Counted from the first letter of the stretch, positions 8,615 to 16,917 are shown. The stretch is 64,000 nucleotides of DNA from Candidatus Hodarchaeota archaeon (GCA_016839785.1 JAEOTQ010000168.1:6835-70834), one strand, 5' to 3'. Made by a program: numbers and translations. Notes: generated by a model not told the origin, from the letters alone.

Positions 8615-9583
8615 ATGGCATCTATGAAAGAAGCAAAAGCAAAACCACAGAAAAAAGGCCAGGCAGAAGACGAGGAAGAAATCCTCGAATGTAAAAACTG
8701 TGGATCGACAGATATCGTAGCCGATGAAAATCGAGGCGAATTAATCTGTGAAAAATGTGGTTATGTGCTGGAAACACGACTGATAGACGAAGGCCCCGAA
8801 TGGCGAGCATTTAATAGTGAAGAACGCGATAAACGCAGTCGTGTCGGATCGCCAAGTACATTTTCAGTCCATGATAAGGGATTATCCACTATTATAGGAT
8901 ATGAAAACCGCGATACATTCGGTAATAAACTCACCGCCTCACGACGAGCACAAATCTACCGCTTACGGAAATGGCAGATACGAACCCGAGTGCATAGCTC
9001 GATGGATCGAAATCTAGCATTCGCCATGTCAGAAATGGATCGATTGGCCTCACAACTCGGAATACCACGAAATGTGAAAGAGACATCCGCAATTATATAT
9101 CGGAAAGCAATCGAAAAACGACTCGTTCGCGGACGCTCAATAGAAGCGATGGTCGCCGCAACAATCTACGCATCAGCACGCGTACGTCGAGTCCCACGAA
9201 CACTTGATGAAATCGCCAAAGAATCACGGATAACCAAAAAAGAACTTGGCCGGTGCTATCGACTCTTATTACGCGAACTATACCTAAATATCCCATTAGC
9301 GAGCCCAATCGATTATCTCGTCCGCTTTGGAACAGAACTAAGACTTTCTGGCGTATGTCAACGAAAAGCTGCCGAAATATTAAAACGCGCAAAAGCTGGC
9401 GGATTGACGGCAGGGAAAGACCCAACGGGCCTAGCGGCTGCAGCAATCTATATCAGCGGAATAATCAACGGGGAACGAAGGACACAACGGGAAATTTCAG
9501 AAGTGGCCCACGTTACCGAAGTTACTGTGCGAAATCGCTACAAAGAGCTTGTACGTAAGCTAAGTATCGAGATTACCGTTTAG
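8615..9583 (+). CDS. tfb: Transcription initiation factor TFB (TFIIB homolog)
   Basis: 322 aa. N-terminal zinc ribbon CKNCGS...CEKCG. B-reader/linker region and two cyclin-fold repeats (e.g. RGRSIEAMVAATIYASAR, GKDPTGLAAAAIYISG). TAG stop. Confidence 0.95.
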   Translation: MASMKEAKAKPQKKGQAEDEEEILECKNCGSTDIVADENRGELICEKCGYVLETRLIDEGPEWRAFNSEERDKRSRVGSPSTFSVHDKGLSTIIGYENRDTFGNKLTASRRAQIYRLRKWQIRTRVHSSMDRNLAFAMSEMDRLASQLGIPRNVKETSAIIYRKAIEKRLVRGRSIEAMVAATIYASARVRRVPRTLDEIAKESRITKKELGRCYRLLLRELYLNIPLASPIDYLVRFGTELRLSGVCQRKAAEILKRAKAGGLTAGKDPTGLAAAAIYISGIINGERRTQREISEVAHVTEVTVRNRYKELVRKLSIEITV

Positions 9584-9595
9584 AAGGTATCTCCT
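9531..9595 (+). repeat. Direct repeat copy A (65 bp): the functional 3' end of tfb (last 17 codons, stop, and 12 nt)
   Basis: GAAATCGCTACAAAGAGCTTGTACGTAAGCTAAGTATCGAGATTACCGTTTAGAAGGTATCTCCT recurs at 15511 and 16556 in the same orientation. Confidence 0.95.
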
Positions 9596-9599
9596 CCCC

Positions 9600-9634
9600 T
9601 TTTTCCTCCTTTCCTTTTTTTAACCCCTTTTTTT
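9600..9634 (+). terminator. T-tract terminator region downstream of tfb
   Basis: Three oligo-T runs (TTTTT, TTTTTTT, TTTTTTT) lie within 35 nt after the tfb stop. This is the archaeal intrinsic termination signal type. Confidence 0.4.
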
Positions 9635-9755
9635 GCATGAAGACGTTATTTCTGATTTGAAAACAGACTCTTTCTTCTAAATTGTTACTTTTGTCTGAAA
9701 TCTGGGTGTTTATAACTGCAATCTGTGTAAACTAGAAAATTGGGAAGTAAATGTA

Positions 9756-10286
9756 ATGCCAGATAATGGAATGCCCTCTAAAATTACTGAAAGTAGAGTA
9801 TCAGTAGATTTTGACGAGTTTACAGCTGAGGATCTGATATTTGATCCCCACCCCTCAATAGATGACCGATCCTTTGTTCAAGAGGTGATTGTTCAACATC
9901 AACAAAATGATGATGGAACTTTCTCTTGGATAACCCCTCTTCCAATTAATGATTCTAGACAAGTTAAATTCTTTTTGGATAAAATTTTAAGTCAGAAATC
10001 ACATCCTCGTTTATTTAGAGGAACAGTTGAGTTTTATATATTCTTTAAGTACGCTATTGATATTGATAAATCATTGGATGAGATTATCCTCAAACTTGAA
10101 GAGCTTACCAACTTGGTTCAGACTTTACAGGAATGGATTAGAAGTAAACAAGCTCAGCTTCTTTGTGATGATCATGGTTCCGGAATATTAAGTTTTTTGG
10201 TGACCAACGAAGTTTTTTCAGAAGCTTGCACCAAATTTTCTTGGACAATAAACGAAAATGAGGTAGTAGTTCTAGCTCAGAAATAA
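9756..10286 (+). CDS. Hypothetical acidic protein (E1 cargo)
   Basis: 176-aa ORF with a TATA-like GTTTATAA about 45 nt upstream. I recognise no motif. Confidence 0.5.
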   Translation: MPDNGMPSKITESRVSVDFDEFTAEDLIFDPHPSIDDRSFVQEVIVQHQQNDDGTFSWITPLPINDSRQVKFFLDKILSQKSHPRLFRGTVEFYIFFKYAIDIDKSLDEIILKLEELTNLVQTLQEWIRSKQAQLLCDDHGSGILSFLVTNEVFSEACTKFSWTINENEVVVLAQK

Positions 10287-10353
10287 GATCTAAATAATGC
10301 CTTTGTATTTAGGTTTTTATAAATAAAAAAAAAAGAGGGGAATGGGAATGACC

Positions 10354-12567
10354 TCACTTACCAATGAAGTACCCACGCAAATCCTGTCGCTTATAGAGCT
10401 GCTTTTTAGAGCATCCTATAACTCGGGAGACATTCAATGCACTTGGTTTGATCCCTTGTGCGTTGAGTTCCTCAATGGCTTCTTCAACCATTGAAGTAGT
10501 GATATTCCTCCGTTTGTAGGAGTGTGCGTGAGAACGATCATTATACTTCTCATTGAACACTTGAATCAAGTGCTCAGAAGTTGTACAATGAGGGACATAC
10601 CAGCGTTTAGGCCGGTAAGAGGTTCCATCGTCCTTGAGTTCCTCATGAATGAGGTTCATGGTACGATGGAGAGTTCCCAACCGTCTATTTAGGATATATG
10701 GTTGGATCCCTTCAAGATATGGTCGAAGAGCGGGATGAACGCGCAGCTCATCCGTAGAGTAGATATTACCATCCTCCAAGATCTGAAGGATAGTGGTGCA
10801 TACATGAACCGATAACTGTTGGTCTAATTTCCTCTCTGCTGAGAAGGAATTAGCAACAGCTAAGAGTTTAGAATGCTTATGCCAGAGACCCAATAGTGGA
10901 TCACGGACATAAAGAGGTGCTACATCATAAAGGAAGGCTTGTATACCCTCTTGACGTAACTGAAAACTATGGACCCCATCACGTTTACTTCGATACCAAT
11001 CGGAATGATCATATCCCAACTGATCGCATAAACGCATAATGAGGTGAAGGATTCCCAATTCTTTCTGTGTAATAGATATATCCGCACCAATACATCCATC
11101 ATCTACAATGAAAGCGGCGAGGAATTGTACTTTCCAATCTCGATAACGAGCTGGTAAATTGAGTACAAAGTGAAGAAAGGAAGGGGTCCGAAGGTCACGA
11201 AATGTGATCCCTCGAATAGTTCCCAGCATAGCATAAACTAATGCTTTGGGATATATCATCCTGTCATAATCTATAGTAGGATCACGACTCAGATGAGAGA
11301 GAAGAGTTCGCATGGGACCCTGATTTTCGGGGAGTTGAATCCACCGTAGATCAGGATTTTTGCGAAAATGGACATTGCCGTCACCGGCAATGTGAGAGAG
11401 TATTCGCCAGGCATAGATATCCATGACGAATGGGAATGTGAGGTACTCCAGGTCACCTCGTTTTGAAAATCGAACCGCTCGCGCGTTTCGCTCAACCTGG
11501 TTAAGGTCCATCTCTGCATACAGGCAGAGACGTTCGAGATTCGGTACCACGATCGATTGATCTGGGGAATCCCGGATATTGGATAAGATTGTCCTACTTA
11601 TCCCAATCTCTCGACTCAATGTCGACAGATTGATTCCTTTCAACATGGTTGAAAGGGTAATCCAATCCTTTTTGCCCAACAGGACATAGAGATTGGTAAA
11701 CTCCCAAAGAGACACCTCCTGGAAGGTGTACTCTTCAGGGACGACCGGCCATGTGGCCTCTGGGAGGCCTGTTATGACACGGTCAGGAAGTGGGGTCTTT
11801 GCCCCAGCTTTCCTAGAGGGAGGGGTGTGTTGTGACATCGTCATTTCACCACGTGTAGAGTGTCTACCTGCCTCTTCCATGTCACCATGGACGAGGACCA
11901 TGCCCGAGGGCTTCTCAGAAAAGACATGTCTTGCGACACCTCTTCTCTGAGGAGATACGACCTTGAAGGGGTCGTGTCCCTGTGGTAGTTGGGTATGGCT
12001 TTGAGTTAACACTCTTCTGGTGACTGACACACTCTCTCTGGCTAGTTCCTGACCATGTGTGTAAGTCGGATTTCTCTCTTTGTGATGTATACGCTGTTGT
12101 TGTGGATGTTGTTCTTCTTCCGTATTCCCTTCATTGGATGTTTTTGTTTCCCTACAAAAGAATTGCCTGTCTTGTGACCCGATCCAACTTGGAGAGTCGA
12201 CGAGGCCAGCATTTTGTTGATGGATAAGTTGTGCTGGTTGGTGTTGGACGTGATTTAGTGATTGCCTCTGCGATGTTCGCGGGCTTAGAGCACTAGGGTC
12301 CGTACCGTGAATCAGGGTTTTTTGACTTCGTCCTTGGGCTTTGTCCTCCTGATTCTGTTCGGGATACAGGGCTAGTTTCGTCACGGGCTGAGGTAGATGG
12401 GTGTCTCCAAGTATCGATGACCAAGAACCATTCCTCTTTTCGCCTCGTGTGTTTTTAGCCAACATCGGTTGTTCACCGTGTTTTTTTTTCCACATGCCTT
12501 TTTTGTGCAAGTGGTAGGCAAGTACTGGCTTCCAGCACTTTCTACATATGGTTGTGAATTTTAACAT
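10354..12567 (-). CDS. Large element protein: Cys/His-rich N-terminus, ~280-aa low-complexity region, HTH, double LAGLIDADG-like core, C-terminal HTH
   Basis: 737 aa. Q/H/S/T/R/P-rich segment at roughly residues 30-300. HTH-like LSTLSREIGISRTILSNIRD. LAGLIDADG-like motifs ILSHIAGDGNV and FLAAFIVDDGCIG about 95 aa apart. C-terminal HTH-like LNVSRVIGCSKKQLYKRQ. Confidence 0.6.
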   Translation of the reverse strand: MLKFTTICRKCWKPVLAYHLHKKGMWKKKHGEQPMLAKNTRGEKRNGSWSSILGDTHLPQPVTKLALYPEQNQEDKAQGRSQKTLIHGTDPSALSPRTSQRQSLNHVQHQPAQLIHQQNAGLVDSPSWIGSQDRQFFCRETKTSNEGNTEEEQHPQQQRIHHKERNPTYTHGQELARESVSVTRRVLTQSHTQLPQGHDPFKVVSPQRRGVARHVFSEKPSGMVLVHGDMEEAGRHSTRGEMTMSQHTPPSRKAGAKTPLPDRVITGLPEATWPVVPEEYTFQEVSLWEFTNLYVLLGKKDWITLSTMLKGINLSTLSREIGISRTILSNIRDSPDQSIVVPNLERLCLYAEMDLNQVERNARAVRFSKRGDLEYLTFPFVMDIYAWRILSHIAGDGNVHFRKNPDLRWIQLPENQGPMRTLLSHLSRDPTIDYDRMIYPKALVYAMLGTIRGITFRDLRTPSFLHFVLNLPARYRDWKVQFLAAFIVDDGCIGADISITQKELGILHLIMRLCDQLGYDHSDWYRSKRDGVHSFQLRQEGIQAFLYDVAPLYVRDPLLGLWHKHSKLLAVANSFSAERKLDQQLSVHVCTTILQILEDGNIYSTDELRVHPALRPYLEGIQPYILNRRLGTLHRTMNLIHEELKDDGTSYRPKRWYVPHCTTSEHLIQVFNEKYNDRSHAHSYKRRNITTSMVEEAIEELNAQGIKPSALNVSRVIGCSKKQLYKRQDLRGYFIGK

Positions 12568-12768
12568 GAATGGTCGTTCACAATTCCACTTTCCATATTG
12601 CCTGTTGGTACTAAATTAAGAACCATCTAGGATTGTTCCCACCCCTTTTATACTTGTAAAAATTGGTTGATATTCCATTTTGCTCCTCGAAATTTTATGG
12701 ACTCACGTACTTGGATTTTCGAATATAAATATCATCTACCCTTATACATTATTGATGAGTGAAAAGCA

Positions 12769-13581
12769 ATGAGTGTACACACCTCTTCGGTTTCTTCGAA
12801 TAAATCTCAATTCCCTTTGGATGACGCTTTTTCAGAATGTGCCAAGATTTCCATCCCCGGGGATTCCTCTTTTCCCGAACGTCGTCCAATTCCTACTTAT
12901 TTAAAGAGTTTAGATTATAAATGGAGAGGAGGATGGTTTTGGCAATGGCCAGTATTAATTGCTGGTCCAAAAGGGGCAGGAAAAAGCCTTTTTCTTGCAC
13001 AATTGATTGCCTCTACTCTCTTAAGCTGTCGAAAGCCTTGGCAGGTTCTCTATTACGACTTTAATCTAGATTATCAAGCCCAACGCATTCTACGAGTGTT
13101 AAAAATGCGCTCTCAAACCGCTACTCCTGCCTCGTATCTTAGTCGAATTGACAAACTCACACTCCCCTCTAAGATTTGGAATGATTATTTCTTTTATCCT
13201 ATAGTGAAGCATTCTATGCTTGCTACCTTAGTTCTTGATGGCTGGAATACTTTTTTCCCTTCTGTCGATGGATTGAGAGGTTTTGCAGAGATTGCTAGAA
13301 AAAAACAAATGGGCTTACTGGTGACTATGCGTGGTGATCTTGATGAGCTGCTTAAATCTACCCCCTGGACCTCCATTCCCTACTTCATGTATATCACCAA
13401 ACAGAAACATAAACAGCACAGGATTCGTCTGTGGCAAAATTCCCCTACTAGTCAGATCTATGATCGTGTAGTGGAATTTAAAGGGTATTTTATAGAATTT
13501 CGATCAAAAAAGAAAGAAAAACAAGCTTCGAAGCCCCGCTTACTTACAGTTTATGGTGCTTCCCCTTCCACGAGGGATTAA
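12769..13581 (+). CDS. RecA-superfamily (KaiC/RepA/DnaB-C-like) P-loop ATPase
   Basis: 270 aa. Walker A VLIAGPKGAGKSLF and Walker B-like ATLVLDGW. TATA-like ATATAAATA lies ~40 nt upstream. The 3' end contains an A_AAA_AAG heptamer. Confidence 0.65.
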   Translation: MSVHTSSVSSNKSQFPLDDAFSECAKISIPGDSSFPERRPIPTYLKSLDYKWRGGWFWQWPVLIAGPKGAGKSLFLAQLIASTLLSCRKPWQVLYYDFNLDYQAQRILRVLKMRSQTATPASYLSRIDKLTLPSKIWNDYFFYPIVKHSMLATLVLDGWNTFFPSVDGLRGFAEIARKKQMGLLVTMRGDLDELLKSTPWTSIPYFMYITKQKHKQHRIRLWQNSPTSQIYDRVVEFKGYFIEFRSKKKEKQASKPRLLTVYGASPSTRD

Positions 13582-13766
13582 CAATATATTCAGAAGCTTT
13601 TCGTCTTTCTGCAGCGAGTTCGTCATTTTCTGACCACGATTTACCCTCTGAAATTCGTGCTCACTTTCCGTTTCCCTCTTTTCGTCCTGGTCAGGCACAG
13701 GTCTTAGCTTTAATCGCTGCTAATCCACGGATAGCTATCAATGCGTATACAGGTTTTGGCAAATCG

Positions 13767-15416
13767 GTGATTGCTTTTGCTGCGCTTTGGGAGCAAATGA
13801 AAAGCGGTGATTATCAGTTATGGTGTTTTTCCAAGACCAAAGCACAGCTTCGTTCGGTTTTTCTCAAGACCCTGAAACAATTCTATAGTCATCCTCCCGC
13901 TGATCAACTTACTCTTCTTCCTCTGATCGCCAGTAAAGATCTTTGCCCTTTATCTCACGAGGCGGAATGTTTTCATTGTTCCCAGAAAAAACGAACTCGT
14001 TTTTCATCACTTAAGACTTTAAAGGAGGTTCTTCCCCATCTTACTCTTGCTCAATGCCCGAATACTTTTGATGGTTTTCGACAGCTTTTATCTCCTTATG
14101 GTTGTCCCGCCCAGGTTATTAGACGGTTGCTCCCCCAAATAAACATCATTTTATTACCTCAGGGATATCTCGAATCTCAGCAGTTACGCTTTTCATTAAC
14201 TAAGTTCTTTTGGAATGCTTATTATTTTGGGTTTCGTTGGAGTCACCGTTTCGCCATTATCGATGAAACACATAATTTCGGACCCACAATTGAAGCAGAG
14301 GTTAATAGGGATCATCTCGATCGTGTTCAATCCATAGGAGCCTTTCCCGTTGTGGAAACTCTGCAGAACTTGTGTCAAAAACGTTTAGGTAGAGTCACTC
14401 GGCCTCTTACCACGGATCGTACCCAGGCAGTCAAAATCGACTCTTTTCTTCAGCAAAAAGGTATTCGTCATTCTCTTTCACCTGAGGATCTTGCTGCTTT
14501 CCATGCCGTCCGAACCTTCCTTCTTCGTAAAGGTCAATATTGGGTTCATACTAAGGAGGGATTAGTCCAGTTCGATCCTTTTCCAAAGCAAATCTTTGAG
14601 TATGTCAATCGACACTTTTCCCGAACGATTCTATTTTCTGCTACTTTTCAGTATCTCAAATACTATTCCCATTATTATGGTCTGAAACAACCTTGGAATG
14701 TGTATCATTTACATAATGTAAAAACCCCTAAAGCTCGAATCCGTCAGTTGTTGATAACGGCTCTAATAAGTCCCCAGATTAGTAGTTCTCAGCGCAATCG
14801 GACATCAACTTTGCTTAAATGGTGCGCTCAAACCATTAAAGATATTGCTTTAGAAATTCCAGACCATACTTGGGTTTTTGTCCCCTCGTATGAATTCTTG
14901 GAGGAACTTTATCCGCTTGTTCAAGACCAATTGTCTGAGACCATGTCTCTTTTCCATGAACCCAGAAAAGGGCAGATTCCCTTCCTCTCTGAGTTAATCT
15001 CTGGTCCTCCGAGTGTGGTTATAGCGGTTTATGGGGGAAAATTCAGTGAGGGTGTGGAGGTTCGTCATCCCAAAACAGGTCGAAGTCGGGTACGGATGGT
15101 TATCTTAGTTGGATTACCCTTTCCAGCCCCAACACCTGAATATAGATTGCTATTTAATCTCTATCTTCGTTGCTATCGACATCTTCACTTTGTTAAGTGG
15201 ACGTTAATTGAACGTCATCTCTATACACAGGTTCGACAATGTCTTGGACGGGCCATTCGCTCTGAAGCTGATCAAGCCACAGGTCTGATTCTTGACTATC
15301 GAGCGTTTTATAATCGTCATCATCTCCCCAACTTGCGTATGTTTCGGTATTTTGATGATTTAAAATCATTTCTTCATCGTCGTTTTCGCCAATTGAAAGA
15401 ATATGACAATTTTTGA
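13767..15416 (+). CDS. XPD/Rad3/DinG-family Fe-S helicase. ORF-track start shown; homology continues upstream to at least ~13650.
   Basis: Cys cluster CPLSHEAECFHC...CPNTF...GCPAQ. DExH-like IIDETHNF. Motif VI QCLGRAIRSEADQATGLILD. The motif Q/I region FPFPSFRPGQ...AYTGFGKS lies in the same frame upstream of the GTG at 13767, with no ATG/GTG/TTG before it. Confidence 0.75.
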   Translation: MIAFAALWEQMKSGDYQLWCFSKTKAQLRSVFLKTLKQFYSHPPADQLTLLPLIASKDLCPLSHEAECFHCSQKKRTRFSSLKTLKEVLPHLTLAQCPNTFDGFRQLLSPYGCPAQVIRRLLPQINIILLPQGYLESQQLRFSLTKFFWNAYYFGFRWSHRFAIIDETHNFGPTIEAEVNRDHLDRVQSIGAFPVVETLQNLCQKRLGRVTRPLTTDRTQAVKIDSFLQQKGIRHSLSPEDLAAFHAVRTFLLRKGQYWVHTKEGLVQFDPFPKQIFEYVNRHFSRTILFSATFQYLKYYSHYYGLKQPWNVYHLHNVKTPKARIRQLLITALISPQISSSQRNRTSTLLKWCAQTIKDIALEIPDHTWVFVPSYEFLEELYPLVQDQLSETMSLFHEPRKGQIPFLSELISGPPSVVIAVYGGKFSEGVEVRHPKTGRSRVRMVILVGLPFPAPTPEYRLLFNLYLRCYRHLHFVKWTLIERHLYTQVRQCLGRAIRSEADQATGLILDYRAFYNRHHLPNLRMFRYFDDLKSFLHRRFRQLKEYDNF

Positions 15417-15510
15417 GATACTTTGGGGAGGGAGCTGTCAAAAATCTACTCGTCTATTGAAGTACAAAGTTTCAACTTTTAATTTCTTGGATTGTTTCGC
15501 AAAAATTTAC

Positions 15511-15575
15511 GAAATCGCTACAAAGAGCTTGTGCGCAAGCTGAGTATCGAGATTACCGTGTAGACGGTATCTCCT
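15511..15575 (+). repeat. Direct repeat copy B (65 bp, displaced tfb 3' end)
   Basis: 5 mismatches to copy A. The 4 inside the coding part are all third-position synonymous, so it still spells RNRYKELVRKLSIEITV*. Confidence 0.95.
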
Positions 15576-16461
15576 TTATTTTTTTCTTTTTTCGGCGAGT
15601 GGAGAGACTGTGTGTACAAATAATTAGTGCTATTGTGATTAATAAGTGATCTATAGAAGTAGTAAGATTTATTGAGGGAGTTTCTGTTGGTTTTTCTATT
15701 TTGATGTCCCAATGATAAATCATTCCATTCCCATTTAAGTCCAGAAAATGAGTAAATAGAGTATAACTACCATTAGGGTAATTTTGACTAGCTATGTGAA
15801 TTTCAAAAGTGTACGCAACTGTCTTAGGGCCTGTGTACTCTAAATTTGTTTTTAATTCTATATCAGATTCAAAAAAAGTTTCTGTAGATTGTTTTAAAGT
15901 CACGGAGGCTTCTTTAATGTCATTATTTGTCTCAACAGATCCATTAATTGTAATATTTCCCATCCAGATTTGATTATCTTTGATTCCACTAAATGTTGCT
16001 TCTGGATATTCTTCTAATGAGGCATCATAGACAATAGTTCTTAATTTTACATTACAATAGAGATCTCCGTCTCCATACGCATCTTCTGAAGCTATTGTGA
16101 AATCTTTTTCTTCTTCCACACTCATGCCCACAATTGCTTCTTTGAACTTGAGGAGATAACTTGCACTTGCATCTGGATACAATACGAGGATATTTCCAGG
16201 CACTATATCATTAGTAGCAAGGTATACATTGTTCAAAGAGTTAATGGTGTCTGAATGTACGGAATTTTCTTCTCTCGTAAAAGAAAAGTCTACATTCACT
16301 ATATCTCCCCAGTTTGCAGTTACTTCCATACCCCTAGCAGTATATCCAATCACCCAAATATTAAATAGAACGATAACAACTAAGATTATCTTCCTTGACT
16401 TCAAGTTGTTTCCCACCTTCATCACTATCTTATTTTTGTTAAACTGTTCTAATAAAACCAT
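15553..16461 (-). CDS. Membrane-anchored extracellular protein (E2 cargo)
   Basis: 302 aa with an N-terminal TM/signal segment (IILVVIVLFNIWVIGYTARG) and a C-terminal TM followed by RRKKKK. Its last codons and stop lie inside repeat copy B, on the opposite strand. Confidence 0.55.
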   Translation of the reverse strand: MVLLEQFNKNKIVMKVGNNLKSRKIILVVIVLFNIWVIGYTARGMEVTANWGDIVNVDFSFTREENSVHSDTINSLNNVYLATNDIVPGNILVLYPDASASYLLKFKEAIVGMSVEEEKDFTIASEDAYGDGDLYCNVKLRTIVYDASLEEYPEATFSGIKDNQIWMGNITINGSVETNNDIKEASVTLKQSTETFFESDIELKTNLEYTGPKTVAYTFEIHIASQNYPNGSYTLFTHFLDLNGNGMIYHWDIKIEKPTETPSINLTTSIDHLLITIALIICTHSLSTRRKKKKIKEIPSTR

Positions 16462-16555
16462 TCATCAATCATTCTACCTAGATTCAAATGCTATTTTCTG
16501 AATATTAGATATAAAGTGAAATATTAGATTATCAACATTACTAAGATAACCATGT

Positions 16556-16620
16556 GAAATCGCTACAAAGAGCTTGTACGCAAGCTTAGTACCGAGATCA
16601 CCGTATAGACGGGATCTCCT
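16556..16620 (+). repeat. Direct repeat copy C (65 bp, displaced tfb 3' end)
   Basis: 7 mismatches to copy A. In the coding part, 4 are synonymous and 1 is non-synonymous (Ile to Thr). It is preceded by TGA instead of CGA. Confidence 0.9.
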
Positions 16621-16917
16621 ATCTTTTTTCTTTTAATGTTTCACGAATTCGGGTACCAATAAATCTAATTTCATATTATTACATAGAGCGTTATCTGCTA
16701 TTTTTTTTGCGTATCCATGGAAATTAATGAGATTTATTTTAATCTTTATGGAGCTAGAATAAATTCTGAGGTTTTTAATCCCTCTAACTGTTCTAAAGGG
16801 AATGATCCCCTCCCCTTGCGTGATATCTGGTGCAGGTATCCTCTCTCTTATTAACTAATTAATTAGTATTTTTCCTATCTTTATGACTAAGCGAATATAA
16901 ACAAAATGTGATTTTAT

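Larger units (their letters stand above)
9531..15575. mobile_element. Putative integrated element E1 (5,980-bp repeat-to-repeat unit) inserted at the tfb 3' end
   Basis: Bounded by direct repeat copies A and B. Parts of the interior are visibly more GC-rich than the surroundings. It carries replication/recombination-type genes (LAGLIDADG-like/HTH protein, RecA-like ATPase, XPD-like helicase). Confidence 0.7.
15511..16620. mobile_element. Putative second unit E2 (1,045 bp repeat-to-repeat), probably an element remnant
   Basis: Bounded by repeat copies B and C. It contains a single ORF. Confidence 0.5.

Noticed and set aside
9093-9558. ORFs 9093..9446 (-) and 9253..9558 (+), and 8622..8810 (-), inside tfb.
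   Set aside because: They are fully nested in or antisense to a strongly supported TFB gene and have low-complexity R/L-rich translations typical of off-frame artefacts.
8615-9583. tfb itself being foreign DNA because it looks more GC-rich than its neighbours.
   Set aside because: Other highly conserved host genes, such as parts of the aCPSF1 gene, reach similar local GC. The difference is more likely a conserved or highly expressed gene effect than horizontal origin.
11289-11950. ORFs 11693..11950 (+), 11289..11519 (-) and 10920..11102 (-) within the 737-aa gene.
   Set aside because: They are nested or antisense ORFs in a relatively GC-rich gene, where long spurious frames are expected. 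None carries a recognisable motif.
10354-15416. A conventional tyrosine integrase, or split SSV-type int fragments, in element E1.
   Set aside because: I looked for R...HxxR...Y-type C-terminal catalytic patterns in all E1 ORFs and at both element ends and did not see them. This is motif inspection only, so a divergent recombinase cannot be excluded.
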